Part shown: piece by piece, positions 39,282 to 48,481 of the stretch
Layout of the letters: each line of letters opens with the position of its first letter
Numbering within the stretch: the stretch's first letter is position 1
NCBI GenBank assembly: GCA_965232485.1
Contig: OZ246975.1
Coordinates: 1,624,663-1,688,662, forward strand
DNA: 64,000 nucleotides
Direction: 5' to 3'
DNA from: Rhodothermales bacterium
Lineage (GTDB): Bacteria; Bacteroidota; Rhodothermia; Rhodothermales; VXPQ01
The notes under the pieces: model-generated
The model's database searches: none
What the model was told of the DNA's origin: nothing
What the model saw: the letters and a program-made list of their open reading frames with translations, nothing else
Translations under genes and position numbers: made by a program

Positions 39282-40298
39282 CTATTCGTAATCGCGCTCG
39301 AAATACTCGATCATTCGGGCTGGATGGTCGGAGCCTTTGGCGCGAATGCGGTCGCCGAGGCGCTTGGCGAACACCTCGGCAGGGTCGTAGCCCGCGTTGC
39401 GAAGCAGGTGGTTCATCGCGATCACTTCGCAAATCACCGTAATGTTTTTGCCCGGCGTCACCGGAATCTTCACCATCGGCAAGTCGACGCCCAGCGCAGA
39501 GTACGTATCGCTCACCATGCCAAGGCGGGTGTATTCTTCTTCGGGATCCCACAGTTCCATGTGCACCACAATCTCGACGCGTTTGCGAAAACGAATGGCC
39601 CGTATCCCGAACATGGCGCGAATATCGACCAGGCCCAACCCCCGCACTTCCATAAAGTGCTGGGCCAACTCCGTGCCGGCGCCCATCAATACGTGCTCGT
39701 CCTTACGCGTAACGATGACCACATCGTCGGCCACCAGGCGGTGTCCCCGCTCCACCAGGTCCAGCGCCACCTCGCTCTTGCCGATACCGGATTTCCCGAC
39801 CAGGAGCAGGCCTATCCCGTATACGGCGACAAGGGAACCGTGAATCGTTTGCTGCAACGCAAACTGATCGTTCAGAAAATCCCGCAGGATCGCCATGAAG
39901 TCGATGGATTGCAGGGACGTCCGGAAAACAGGGACGCCCTGCCGGGTCGCCATGGCCACCATTTCATCGTCCAGCACATTGTTGACCGTGAGCACAACGC
40001 ACGGGACCGGAAAGGAAACAAGAGTTTCGAACGCCTTACGCCGAACATCCGCCGGCTGATGCCGCAAAAACTTGTTTTCCGTATTCCCCAGAATCTGCAC
40101 GCGCTGATGGGTGAACAAGTCGGTGTATCCGGCCAGCACCAGTCCCGGACGATGCAAATCCACTTCGGTCACCAGTCGATCCTCGGCGGAAACATCGTTT
40201 ACGGGTTCGATATCGACATTGGCCATCGCCCGTAATTTTTCCACCATGAAGGCAACGGTGATGGATTCCTTCTTGAAGGCTTTCGTCGTATCGGGCAT
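39282..40298 (-). CDS. hprK: HPr(Ser) kinase/phosphorylase
   Basis: LHRPGL, RVQILG.TE, GKSGIGKSE, RGHRLVADD, MEVRGLG. Confidence 0.95.
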   Translation of the reverse strand: MPDTTKAFKKESITVAFMVEKLRAMANVDIEPVNDVSAEDRLVTEVDLHRPGLVLAGYTDLFTHQRVQILGNTENKFLRHQPADVRRKAFETLVSFPVPCVVLTVNNVLDDEMVAMATRQGVPVFRTSLQSIDFMAILRDFLNDQFALQQTIHGSLVAVYGIGLLLVGKSGIGKSEVALDLVERGHRLVADDVVIVTRKDEHVLMGAGTELAQHFMEVRGLGLVDIRAMFGIRAIRFRKRVEIVVHMELWDPEEEYTRLGMVSDTYSALGVDLPMVKIPVTPGKNITVICEVIAMNHLLRNAGYDPAEVFAKRLGDRIRAKGSDHPARMIEYFERDYE

Positions 40299-40382
40299 GG
40301 CGTCGGGCCGGATTCAATCAACGGGTTCGGGCGGCGTAGCCTGCGTAATAGCCCGGCGCCCAAGGTCGTCCTTGCAGAACCT

Positions 40383-41387
40383 CTACGGAACTTCTACGGT
40401 TTCAAGAATCTGCCGCACCAGATCGTCGCTGGTCACTTCTTCCGCCTCGGCTTCGTACGATACTGCAATGCGGTGCCGCATCACGTCCGGGGCCAGCATG
40501 CGGACATCCTCCGGGGTAACATAGGCCCTCCGCTGCAAAAAAGCATGCGCGCGCGCCGCAAGGTTCAGGTTAATGGTTGCGCGCGGCGACGCCCCGAATT
40601 CGATGAGCGGAGCAATGTCGGACAGACGATGCGCCGCCGGACGCCGCGACGCCATCACAAGGTCCACCATATACTTCTCGACCCGCTCATCCATATAGAG
40701 CTCGTTCAACACGGCGCGCGCCGAAAGAATCTCTTCCGGCCCAACCACTTCCCGAACCTCCTCTTTCCGGCCGGTCCGGGCCATGCGCCGCATGATTTCC
40801 AGTTCCTCGTCGCGGGTCGGATAGTCTACTCGAATTTTCAGCATGAATCGATCCACCTGCGCCTCTGGAAGCGGATAGGTGCCCTCCTGCTCGATCGGAT
40901 TCTGCGTAGCCAACACCAGAAACGGCTCTTCGAGCGGAAATGTGGTCTCGCCGATCGTGACCTGCCGCTCCTGCATGCTTTCAAGCAACGCGCTCTGAAC
41001 CTTGGCCGGAGACCGGTTGATCTCGTCGGCCAGAATGACATTGGCGAAAACAGGGCCCTTTTTGATGGAAAAAGACCCTTCTTTCTGGTTGTATACAAGC
41101 GTGCCCAGCAAGTCGGCGGGGAGCAGGTCCGGCGTGAACTGGATGCGCTGGAAACTGGTCCCGATGGCGCGGGCAAGCGAACTGATCGTGAGGGTTTTGG
41201 CGAGGCCCGGCACGCCTTCCAGCAGCACATGTCCATCGCCAAGCAACCCGATCAACAGGCGCTCAATCATGGATTGCTGCCCCACGACGACTCGGCCTAC
41301 TTCGTTCAACAACGAGTCTACGAACGCGCTTTCCGCGCGAATGCGCTCGCTGACCCGGACCATATCAAAGTTTGCTGCGGTTTCCAC
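40383..41387 (-). CDS. MoxR family AAA+ ATPase
   Basis: HVLLEGVPGLAKT, RIQFTPDLLPAD, LADEINR, ATQNPIEQEGTYPLPEAQ.DRF, GASPRA. Confidence 0.95.
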   Translation of the reverse strand: METAANFDMVRVSERIRAESAFVDSLLNEVGRVVVGQQSMIERLLIGLLGDGHVLLEGVPGLAKTLTISSLARAIGTSFQRIQFTPDLLPADLLGTLVYNQKEGSFSIKKGPVFANVILADEINRSPAKVQSALLESMQERQVTIGETTFPLEEPFLVLATQNPIEQEGTYPLPEAQVDRFMLKIRVDYPTRDEELEIMRRMARTGRKEEVREVVGPEEILSARAVLNELYMDERVEKYMVDLVMASRRPAAHRLSDIAPLIEFGASPRATINLNLAARAHAFLQRRAYVTPEDVRMLAPDVMRHRIAVSYEAEAEEVTSDDLVRQILETVEVP

Positions 41388-41465
41388 TGGACAGAAAAAC
41401 GGATGAATTAAGGTTACTCGAAACAGGGTGCGAAGGTACGGACAACGCAAAGGACGCGCTGGTCG

Positions 41466-42701
41466 TCACAAGAGCATAACGTGCGCATCCCTGGTGAATT
41501 TTTCCCGAATCCCGACCTGTATGCGATGCAGGCAACGGGGAACGACAAAGGGCTGTCCCGCGATCACCACCGCGCGCCCCCGGTGTATGGGATACGCTCC
41601 GTACATGCCGTCGAGCGTCATGGCGTCCACTTCGTCCACAACCTTTTCCGAAACATTCGTTGTGCCGCCCCAGTCCTTGCGCGTCACGGCGTCGGACATG
41701 AGCAGAAGCGCTCCAAAAAGCTGCCAATCTTTACGTTGCATCGCTCCTACCAGTTTCGGGACGCGCTGGTTCTCTTTCACCAGCCAGCGCAGGACAGGCC
41801 GCAACCGAAAGGGAAGCGCATCGGTCGCCGCCGGCAAATCGCGATGTTCGAGATCCCGCAACGATGTTACCGCCTCGAATCCTTTCTTGCGCAAAACGGC
41901 CGCGGCCTCGTCCGCCATTTTGCGTTTTCTCGGCACGGCGCCGGGGTCGAATAACGTACGGCTTTCTGTCTCCGCCAATCCGAACGCAAGGGTGTCCTCC
42001 GGGGGAGCGTCAAGCAACATACATTCGAGCGTGGCGGCGTCCACGAAAGAATATTGTTCGGGACGCCCTTGCTCCGCCGCCACAAGGAACGCGGAGCTGA
42101 AAGAACGGCCCAGACTTGCCTCAATGGCTGCGTGCGCCTTGTCGCAGACGGGTTGGCGCGTTTCGGCGGGGACAAAGACTTGCTCGCAGGCCCGCGCCGT
42201 CGCCACGCCAAGGGTAGCCACATAGGCGTCGGCGCAGGAAGAAGGCACGGCGTTCGCCACGGAGATATCCGCCTGCGCAGTTTCAGGGGCCAGGCGCCGG
42301 AACGTTTCAAAAACAACCCGCACCGGCGCGGGAGCCGTATCGGGAAGCGGGCAATCCGGACCCTGCGTCCATACCCGGTCGTCATGACCGAAGGCGAGGC
42401 GGGATACGGCGCCCGGCGCAACGCGCAGGGCCGTTGCCGTGCCGGACGGCAAAGAAAAAAACAGCGCAAATCCGTTAAAATAATGCGTGTGCTCGGCGAG
42501 CAATCCCATGCTTCCGTGCGAAAACCCGGTCCCGGGGCGGTCTTCCGTCGTCCCGAAATATTTTTCGAGCGTGGTCCGGGCGCGCTCTATGAGGCGAGAC
42601 GGCTCTTCGAACGAACGTTCGGGGATTTCATGCGGCCCCCGCACCACGGAAGTGAGGAGAGGCGACGCCCCGGCGCGACCGCGAATGGATTCGGACGACA
42701 T
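41466..42701 (-). CDS. galactokinase-like GHMP protein with degenerate motifs
   Basis: LLAEHTHYFNGFAL (cf. GEHTDY), ENQRV, FGALL; lacks the canonical PxGxGLSSS and GGGFGG motifs. Confidence 0.65.
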   Translation of the reverse strand: MSSESIRGRAGASPLLTSVVRGPHEIPERSFEEPSRLIERARTTLEKYFGTTEDRPGTGFSHGSMGLLAEHTHYFNGFALFFSLPSGTATALRVAPGAVSRLAFGHDDRVWTQGPDCPLPDTAPAPVRVVFETFRRLAPETAQADISVANAVPSSCADAYVATLGVATARACEQVFVPAETRQPVCDKAHAAIEASLGRSFSSAFLVAAEQGRPEQYSFVDAATLECMLLDAPPEDTLAFGLAETESRTLFDPGAVPRKRKMADEAAAVLRKKGFEAVTSLRDLEHRDLPAATDALPFRLRPVLRWLVKENQRVPKLVGAMQRKDWQLFGALLLMSDAVTRKDWGGTTNVSEKVVDEVDAMTLDGMYGAYPIHRGRAVVIAGQPFVVPRCLHRIQVGIREKFTRDAHVMLL

Positions 42702-42714
42702 AAGGATACTCTGC

Positions 42715-43662
42715 CTATTTGAACAAATGACCCGCGGGCAACGCATGTCCCCGGAGAAAATCCATGGCCGGAAGCCGCCGCCGGCCTTCCGCTTGCAACG
42801 CCAGCAACTCCACGGCCCCTTCGCCGCAAGCCACTACAAGCCGATCCGAGGCTTGCAGCACTTGGCCCGGCATGCCCTGCGCGCCGCGCGCCCGTCCTCC
42901 ATCGGCAAGGCGCGTCCGGTATACCTTGATCATGCTTTCGCCGTGGCGGGTCCAGGCGCCGGGGCGCGGAGACAATCCCCGTATCTGGTTATGCACCTCG
43001 CGCGCGGCGCGACGCCATGCAATGCGCGTGTCTTCCTTGCGAATCCGCGGCGCCGGCGTAGCCTCTTCGTCGTTCTGGGGATGCGCCTGCGCCTGCCCGC
43101 ACTGGATGCGGCGCACCGTTTCCACGACCGCCTCGGCGCCGAGCGCCATCATCCGGTCGTGCACTTCGCCTGTGGTTTCGTCTGGGCCGATCGGCATGGT
43201 TTTTTGCAAAATGACGTTTCCCGTATCCACAGCTTCTTTCAGGAAAAACGTGCTCACGCCCGTTTTGGTCTCGCCCGCCATGACTGCGCGATGAATGGGC
43301 GCAGCCCCCCGGTATTTCGGAAGCAACGAGCCGTGCAGGTTGAAAGCCCCCTTGCGCGCGATTCCGAATACTTCTGGAGGAAGAATGCGAAACGCCGCCA
43401 CCACAATCAAGTCCGGCGCCAACCGGCGCGCGGCGTCGGCGAAAGCCGGATCGCGAAGCGACGTCGGCTGCAAAATCGCGTGGATACCCAATCGTTCGGC
43501 TTCCTGCTTTACGGGCGTCGGGAGCATGCGCCGTCCGCGCCCCCGGGGTTTGTCCGGCCCCGTCGCCACGGCCATCGGAACATACCCCTCCTCAGCGAGC
43601 CGACGCAGCGACGGCACGGCGAAATCCGGCGTACCCATAAAAACAATCCGCATATTCTGCAT
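42715..43662 (-). CDS. fmt: methionyl-tRNA formyltransferase
   Basis: RIVFMGTPDFA, PDKPRGRG, NLHGSLLPKYRGAAPI, DTG, IRGLSPRPGAW. Confidence 0.96.
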   Translation of the reverse strand: MQNMRIVFMGTPDFAVPSLRRLAEEGYVPMAVATGPDKPRGRGRRMLPTPVKQEAERLGIHAILQPTSLRDPAFADAARRLAPDLIVVAAFRILPPEVFGIARKGAFNLHGSLLPKYRGAAPIHRAVMAGETKTGVSTFFLKEAVDTGNVILQKTMPIGPDETTGEVHDRMMALGAEAVVETVRRIQCGQAQAHPQNDEEATPAPRIRKEDTRIAWRRAAREVHNQIRGLSPRPGAWTRHGESMIKVYRTRLADGGRARGAQGMPGQVLQASDRLVVACGEGAVELLALQAEGRRRLPAMDFLRGHALPAGHLFK

Positions 43663-43687
43663 GGGAATCTCCGGCAAGCAGACGGCG

Positions 43688-44644
43688 TCACCCGAAGAGC
43701 GCATCCACAAACGCCCGCCGATCAAAGAGTTGCAAATCTTCGATCTGCTCTCCAACCCCTATGTATTTGACGGGAATCCGGAAATCGTTGGAAATACCGA
43801 TGACGACGCCTCCCCGCGCCGTGCCGTCCAGCTTGGTGATCGCAAGCCCCGTCACTTCGACGCTTCGGGCGAACTCCTCTGCCTGACGCAAGGCATTCTG
43901 TCCCGTAGAAGCATCCAGCACGAGCAGCACCTCGTGAGGCGCTCCGGCGACGCATTTGCCCATCGCGCGGCGAATCTTCGCCAGCTCGTCCATCAGCCCC
44001 CCGCGCGTATGCAAACGGCCCGCCGTGTCCACGATCGCCACGTCCGTATTCCGCGCCCTGGCCGAGGCTACCGTATCGTACGCCACCGAGGCCGGATCGC
44101 TCCCCTGCGCCTGCCGAACAAGCGGCGCATCGGCGCGCTCGGCCCAGATCGACAACTGCTCCGCGGCGGCGGCGCGGAACGTATCGCCTGCGCCCAGCAA
44201 GACGGATTTGCCCGCCTCGCCGTACCGGTGCGCCATCTTCCCGATCGTGGTGGTTTTACCCACGCCGTTCACGCCCACAACCATGATTACATGCGGACGG
44301 TTCGGCAACGGCGCATCGAACCCCGCGGGGCGCTCCGGGGCATTATCCAGGAGCAACGAAGCAATCTCATCCCGAATCAGGCCGTGCAACTCCGCCGACG
44401 ACACGTAGCGCTCTTCGGCCACGCGCTCCCGGATGCGGTCGATGATATGGAGCGTCGCGGCAACGCCGACGTCGCTGGCGATCAACGCTTCTTCCAACGC
44501 ATCCAGCGCCTCGTCGTCCACAACCTTTTTTCCGCGCACGGCCCGGCCAATCTTGCCGAAAAATCCTGTGCGGGTCTTGTCCAACCCCTTGTCCAGGTCC
44601 GGGGGCGGCGCTTCGCCCGTTTTGAAACGATCCAGAAAACCCAT
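43688..44644 (-). CDS. ftsY: signal recognition particle-docking protein
   Basis: GVNGVGKTTTIGK, DTFRAAA, DTAGR, TKLDGTARGG, IGVGE..DL..FD. Confidence 0.97.
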   Translation of the reverse strand: MGFLDRFKTGEAPPPDLDKGLDKTRTGFFGKIGRAVRGKKVVDDEALDALEEALIASDVGVAATLHIIDRIRERVAEERYVSSAELHGLIRDEIASLLLDNAPERPAGFDAPLPNRPHVIMVVGVNGVGKTTTIGKMAHRYGEAGKSVLLGAGDTFRAAAAEQLSIWAERADAPLVRQAQGSDPASVAYDTVASARARNTDVAIVDTAGRLHTRGGLMDELAKIRRAMGKCVAGAPHEVLLVLDASTGQNALRQAEEFARSVEVTGLAITKLDGTARGGVVIGISNDFRIPVKYIGVGEQIEDLQLFDRRAFVDALFG

Positions 44645-44675
44645 GTGCGACGCCCGCGATAACTGTAAATCCGGA

Positions 44676-45293
44676 TTAATCCGTCAGGTCGAAATCTTCT
44701 CGCGCGGCGTCGTCCGCTGCAAACGACGCGCCGCGCTTCATCAACCGGACGTACCTGACCCCGTACGCCGCAAAAGAGCCGATCAGCAACGCCGTGGCCG
44801 CAAGCAAACAGAATCGCATCACCGGCTCATCGGCCCGCAGCAGCGCCGCAAGCACCGTCACCGTCACGGCCCCGGCGGCCACCTTGCCCGACCAGATGCT
44901 CATCTCCACGGTTCCCGTACGATGCGCAAGGACGCTCGACCCCAGCAAAACGAGCGCATCGCGCACAACCAGCGCCATCAGAAACCATGCGGGCAACAGG
45001 CCGCGCGCCACCAGCGACGCTGCAATGGCCGCGCCGGCAACCTTGTCGGCCAACGGGTCCAGAATTTTCCCCCATGCCGAAACGTTGCCCGACCAACGCG
45101 CAATCCGCCCGTCGAGCCAGTCGCTTGCAATCATAACGGCAAGCAACAAAAATATCCAGCGGAGCGAACCATCCGCGAGAATCAACCAGGCGACGGGCGC
45201 CGCCAAAAGCATCCGCGTCACGCTCAACGCATTCGGGATGGTCCAGAATTTCCCGTCAGGGCGAAAGCGCCCGAACCTACGGGGTAGCGTCAT
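44676..45293 (-). CDS. CDP-alcohol phosphatidyltransferase
   Basis: WTIPNALS, SDWLDGRIAR...GKILDPLADK. Confidence 0.9.
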   Translation of the reverse strand: MTLPRRFGRFRPDGKFWTIPNALSVTRMLLAAPVAWLILADGSLRWIFLLLAVMIASDWLDGRIARWSGNVSAWGKILDPLADKVAGAAIAASLVARGLLPAWFLMALVVRDALVLLGSSVLAHRTGTVEMSIWSGKVAAGAVTVTVLAALLRADEPVMRFCLLAATALLIGSFAAYGVRYVRLMKRGASFAADDAAREDFDLTD

Positions 45294-46362
45294 CGTCGTC
45301 CTCCCAGGCATCGATAGCCTCCATAACCGCTTCCACGATATTTTCGGACGGCACGGTGCCCACCACCTGACCTCGCTTGAAAAGGTGCGCCCGTCCGCGG
45401 CCAAGCGAAATTCCGAGATCCGCGCCCGCCGCTTCGCCGGGTCCGTTCACGGCGCAGCCCATCAGCGCTACGTTAAGGTCTTTTTCGAAACGGGCTTCCT
45501 TGACCGCCGCTTCCACTTCTTCCACAATGGAGAACAAATCGCCTTCCATGCGGCCGCACGTGGGGCAAGCAATCACGTTGACGCCCGGACGGCCCAGCCG
45601 AAGCGATTTCAGAATGCGGTGGCCCACCTCGACTTCCCGCACAGAGGGCGTCGCCAGCGAAACGCGGATCGTATCCCCGATCCCGTCGGCCAGCAAGGCC
45701 CCGATACCTATCGAGCTCTTGACGGAGCCGCTGTCGAAGGCGCCCGACTCGGTGACCCCGAGATGTAGCGGAAAATCCGTCTTTTCCGCCAGCAACCTAT
45801 AGGACTGAATCATAAAAAACACGTCCGAGTGCTTGACCGAAATAACCAGGTTCTCGAACCCGTGGCGCTGGCATATCTCTACATGCCGCATGGCGCTTTC
45901 GAAAAGGGCCTCGGGTTGGGGGTACCCGTACTTGTCCAGAAGATCTTTCTCCAGCGACCCGGAATTGACCCCGATCCGAATGGGTATGCCCGCTTCCTTT
46001 GCGGCAAGCAACACTTCCCGCTCCCATGCTTCCTTGCCTATGTTTCCGGGGTTGATGCGCACCTTGGCCACCTTCGATTCGATGGCTTTCAGGGCGTACT
46101 GGTAATTGAAATGTATATCGGCCACGATCGGCACGGGAGCGCCCTGCACGATATCCGCCAGCGCATCCGCATCTTCCGGGCGCGGCACGGCCACGCGCAC
46201 GATATCGGCGCCCGTCTCGGCAAGCTCGCGAATTTCGCGGAGAGACGCTTCGACGTCATGCGTTTTGGAGGTGGTCATCGACTGCACTGAAATCGGCGCG
46301 CCGCCGCCGATTTGCACGGGACCCACTTGTACGGGCCGCGACGCCCGGCGAAATCGTTCCAT
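45277..46362 (-). CDS. ispG: (E)-4-hydroxy-3-methylbut-2-enyl-diphosphate synthase
   Basis: ISVQSMT, VADIHF, RINPGNIG, RIGVNSGSL, HLGVTE, GIGDTIRVSL, CPTCGR, MGCAVNGPGE. Confidence 0.97.
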   Translation of the reverse strand: MERFRRASRPVQVGPVQIGGGAPISVQSMTTSKTHDVEASLREIRELAETGADIVRVAVPRPEDADALADIVQGAPVPIVADIHFNYQYALKAIESKVAKVRINPGNIGKEAWEREVLLAAKEAGIPIRIGVNSGSLEKDLLDKYGYPQPEALFESAMRHVEICQRHGFENLVISVKHSDVFFMIQSYRLLAEKTDFPLHLGVTESGAFDSGSVKSSIGIGALLADGIGDTIRVSLATPSVREVEVGHRILKSLRLGRPGVNVIACPTCGRMEGDLFSIVEEVEAAVKEARFEKDLNVALMGCAVNGPGEAAGADLGISLGRGRAHLFKRGQVVGTVPSENIVEAVMEAIDAWEDDDDATP

Positions 46363-46483
46363 GATCGCTTGTCGAAATAGTGAACAGGGATTTTGCTGTA
46401 GCCAAACCAGCGCAGCGTAACTCTTGTAACGAAATTAAAGGCCCTTGTGTTGCACGCTGCAAATCCGTCAGGAGCACGCTGGC

Positions 46484-46574
46484 TAAGGATGCGCTGATTA
46501 AATCCGCAAATCTCAGGGGCCGAGCGGCGCGCCGGCAAGGAATGACGCAGCGGCTTCGATCAGAGCATCCGTTA
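46484..46574. repeat. internally deleted MITE copy
   Basis: taaggatgcgctgattaaatccgcaaa...ggcaaggaatgacg...gatcagagcatccgtta; left part aligns with 8131-8196; abuts the stop of 46572..47663. Confidence 0.8.
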
Positions 46575-47663
46575 GTCCCGCCGCAAACGGAGGGAAACCA
46601 AAAGGGGCAAATGGTCGGAAAGACGCGCTTCGCGGACCCGGGCGGAAACCACCTCCCATTCCTCGCTTACGAACACATAATCTATCCGCACGGCGGGCAA
46701 TCGGGCATGGTAGGTCATCCCCCACCCTTCGCCCGCCTCCGCAAAAGCGTCGCGCAACCGGCCCGACAGCATACGGTACACCCGGTTGTTCGGGGTGCTG
46801 TTCATATCCCCGCACAGAATGACGGGCAAGGTTTCCTCGTCAATCATCGCCATGAGGCGTTCCGTTTCCCGGGCGCGAATCCGATACGCCGCCCGATATT
46901 GCCTGACATAGCGCAGGATATTTTCGCCGCCGAACAGGAGCGCGTGCATTTCTTCCCAGGGCTTCTTTTCCCCAAACGTGCGCAAGTGCACATTATACAG
47001 CATAAAATCTCCCCCTTGCCATCGTATGCGCGCCCGGATAACGTGCGACGGGTGATCGCCGGACGAATGCAGGGGCCGCCGGGTCACCTGCATGACCTCG
47101 GGCTTGCTGAACACGGGCTGTTGCGTCCATGCGCCGTTTTCGGGACGCTCGGTCGAAAATCCCAGCGAGTCTATCAAGATCGATACGTACGCATCGGACC
47201 GAATGAAAGGCTCTTCGTCACGCCAGGCGACAGACGCTTCCTGTAGCCCAATGATATCCGGACGGCTTGCCTCAACGAGGCGGGCCATCTGCGCGGGCCG
47301 CTCCGGCGTGGCGGCGGGCCAGATGGCGGGCGCGTTGAACGTAAGCAACGTCAACGTATCGCCTGGAGCGTCCGGAATATACGGAACGTCCGGGCCGGGA
47401 AACAGACGGTCGAGCGGGTTCGCGCGCACCAGAAACAGCGCAAGCAACACGCCGTTGAGGACGAGCAGGCGACGCGGCCCCTTCAACGCCAGCAATACCG
47501 TCATGCCCGCAAGAAACAAGGCTATGTACGGCAGAAACACGGCAATCAGCTCGAACCACCAGAATGCGCCAAAAGGCACATGGCGCGCAAGGTATCCGGC
47601 CAGAAAAAGCAGGGCGGTAAGGAGATTAACCGCCGCAAACAAGGTGCGAACAATCCGTTTCAT
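46572..47663 (-). CDS. endonuclease/exonuclease/phosphatase family membrane protein
   Basis: Three N-terminal TM, LTFN, DIIGLQE, NVHL, CGDMNS, RIDYVF, SDHLP. Confidence 0.9.
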   Translation of the reverse strand: MKRIVRTLFAAVNLLTALLFLAGYLARHVPFGAFWWFELIAVFLPYIALFLAGMTVLLALKGPRRLLVLNGVLLALFLVRANPLDRLFPGPDVPYIPDAPGDTLTLLTFNAPAIWPAATPERPAQMARLVEASRPDIIGLQEASVAWRDEEPFIRSDAYVSILIDSLGFSTERPENGAWTQQPVFSKPEVMQVTRRPLHSSGDHPSHVIRARIRWQGGDFMLYNVHLRTFGEKKPWEEMHALLFGGENILRYVRQYRAAYRIRARETERLMAMIDEETLPVILCGDMNSTPNNRVYRMLSGRLRDAFAEAGEGWGMTYHARLPAVRIDYVFVSEEWEVVSARVREARLSDHLPLLVSLRLRRD

Positions 47664-47687
47664 CGACGAAACTTACGAGTACATCGT

Positions 47688-48338
47688 TCAGCCGGGCCGT
47701 AGCGGGAGTTTGCCTCGCCAGTACTGTATAAGCAGGAACCCGAACAACATGCCGCCAAGGTGCGCGAAATTGGCTACGCCAGCCTGCGTGCCTGTCACGG
47801 CGGCCCATAATTCGAGCAGGCCATACAGAATCACGAACCATTTCGCCTTGATGGGAAACAGAAAATAAATGTAGATGAGCTGGTTCGGAAACATCATGCC
47901 GAAAGCAAGCAGAATGCCGAACACGCCGCCCGACGCGCCTACCGTCGGATAAATATCGCCGCCGGTCGAAGCCACGATCAACTGAATCAGCGCGGCGCCG
48001 ACGACGCACGTAAAATAAAAGACGGCGAACCGGCGACTGCCCCAGGTGTTTTCGATCTGCACGCCAAAGAGCCACAGCGCAAACATATTGAACAACAGAT
48101 GCGTGAAGCCGCCGTGCAGAAAGGAATACGTTACGAGTTGCCACGGCCAAAACGCGCCGATCCCGCTGAACCTGCCCGGCGCGCCTATCGGCCACAGCGC
48201 AAACCACTGCATAAGCGCCCCGCCCAGAAACGGAGTCATCGTCGCAAGAAACGCCAACCCGTTCAAAATCATCAGATTCTTGATGACGGGCGGAAATACC
48301 GAAAAGCGCGTAGGAGGACGGTAAGAATGCTGGTACAT
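47688..48338 (-). CDS. rhomboid family intramembrane serine protease
   Basis: PWQLVTYSFLHG..HLLFNM, VGASG, AHLGG. Confidence 0.93.
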   Translation of the reverse strand: MYQHSYRPPTRFSVFPPVIKNLMILNGLAFLATMTPFLGGALMQWFALWPIGAPGRFSGIGAFWPWQLVTYSFLHGGFTHLLFNMFALWLFGVQIENTWGSRRFAVFYFTCVVGAALIQLIVASTGGDIYPTVGASGGVFGILLAFGMMFPNQLIYIYFLFPIKAKWFVILYGLLELWAAVTGTQAGVANFAHLGGMLFGFLLIQYWRGKLPLRPG

Positions 48339-48481
48339 CGTGTGATTTTCGTGCAATAACGGATATTGTATCTTTGGATATACTGCCTTTTTAGCGACAA
48401 ACGCCCGTAAAGTTGCGTTTTCCTGCGGAACGAACGCTGGAAAACCGGCATTCAACCTGTTTTACCCTGTTTTTCGCACCC

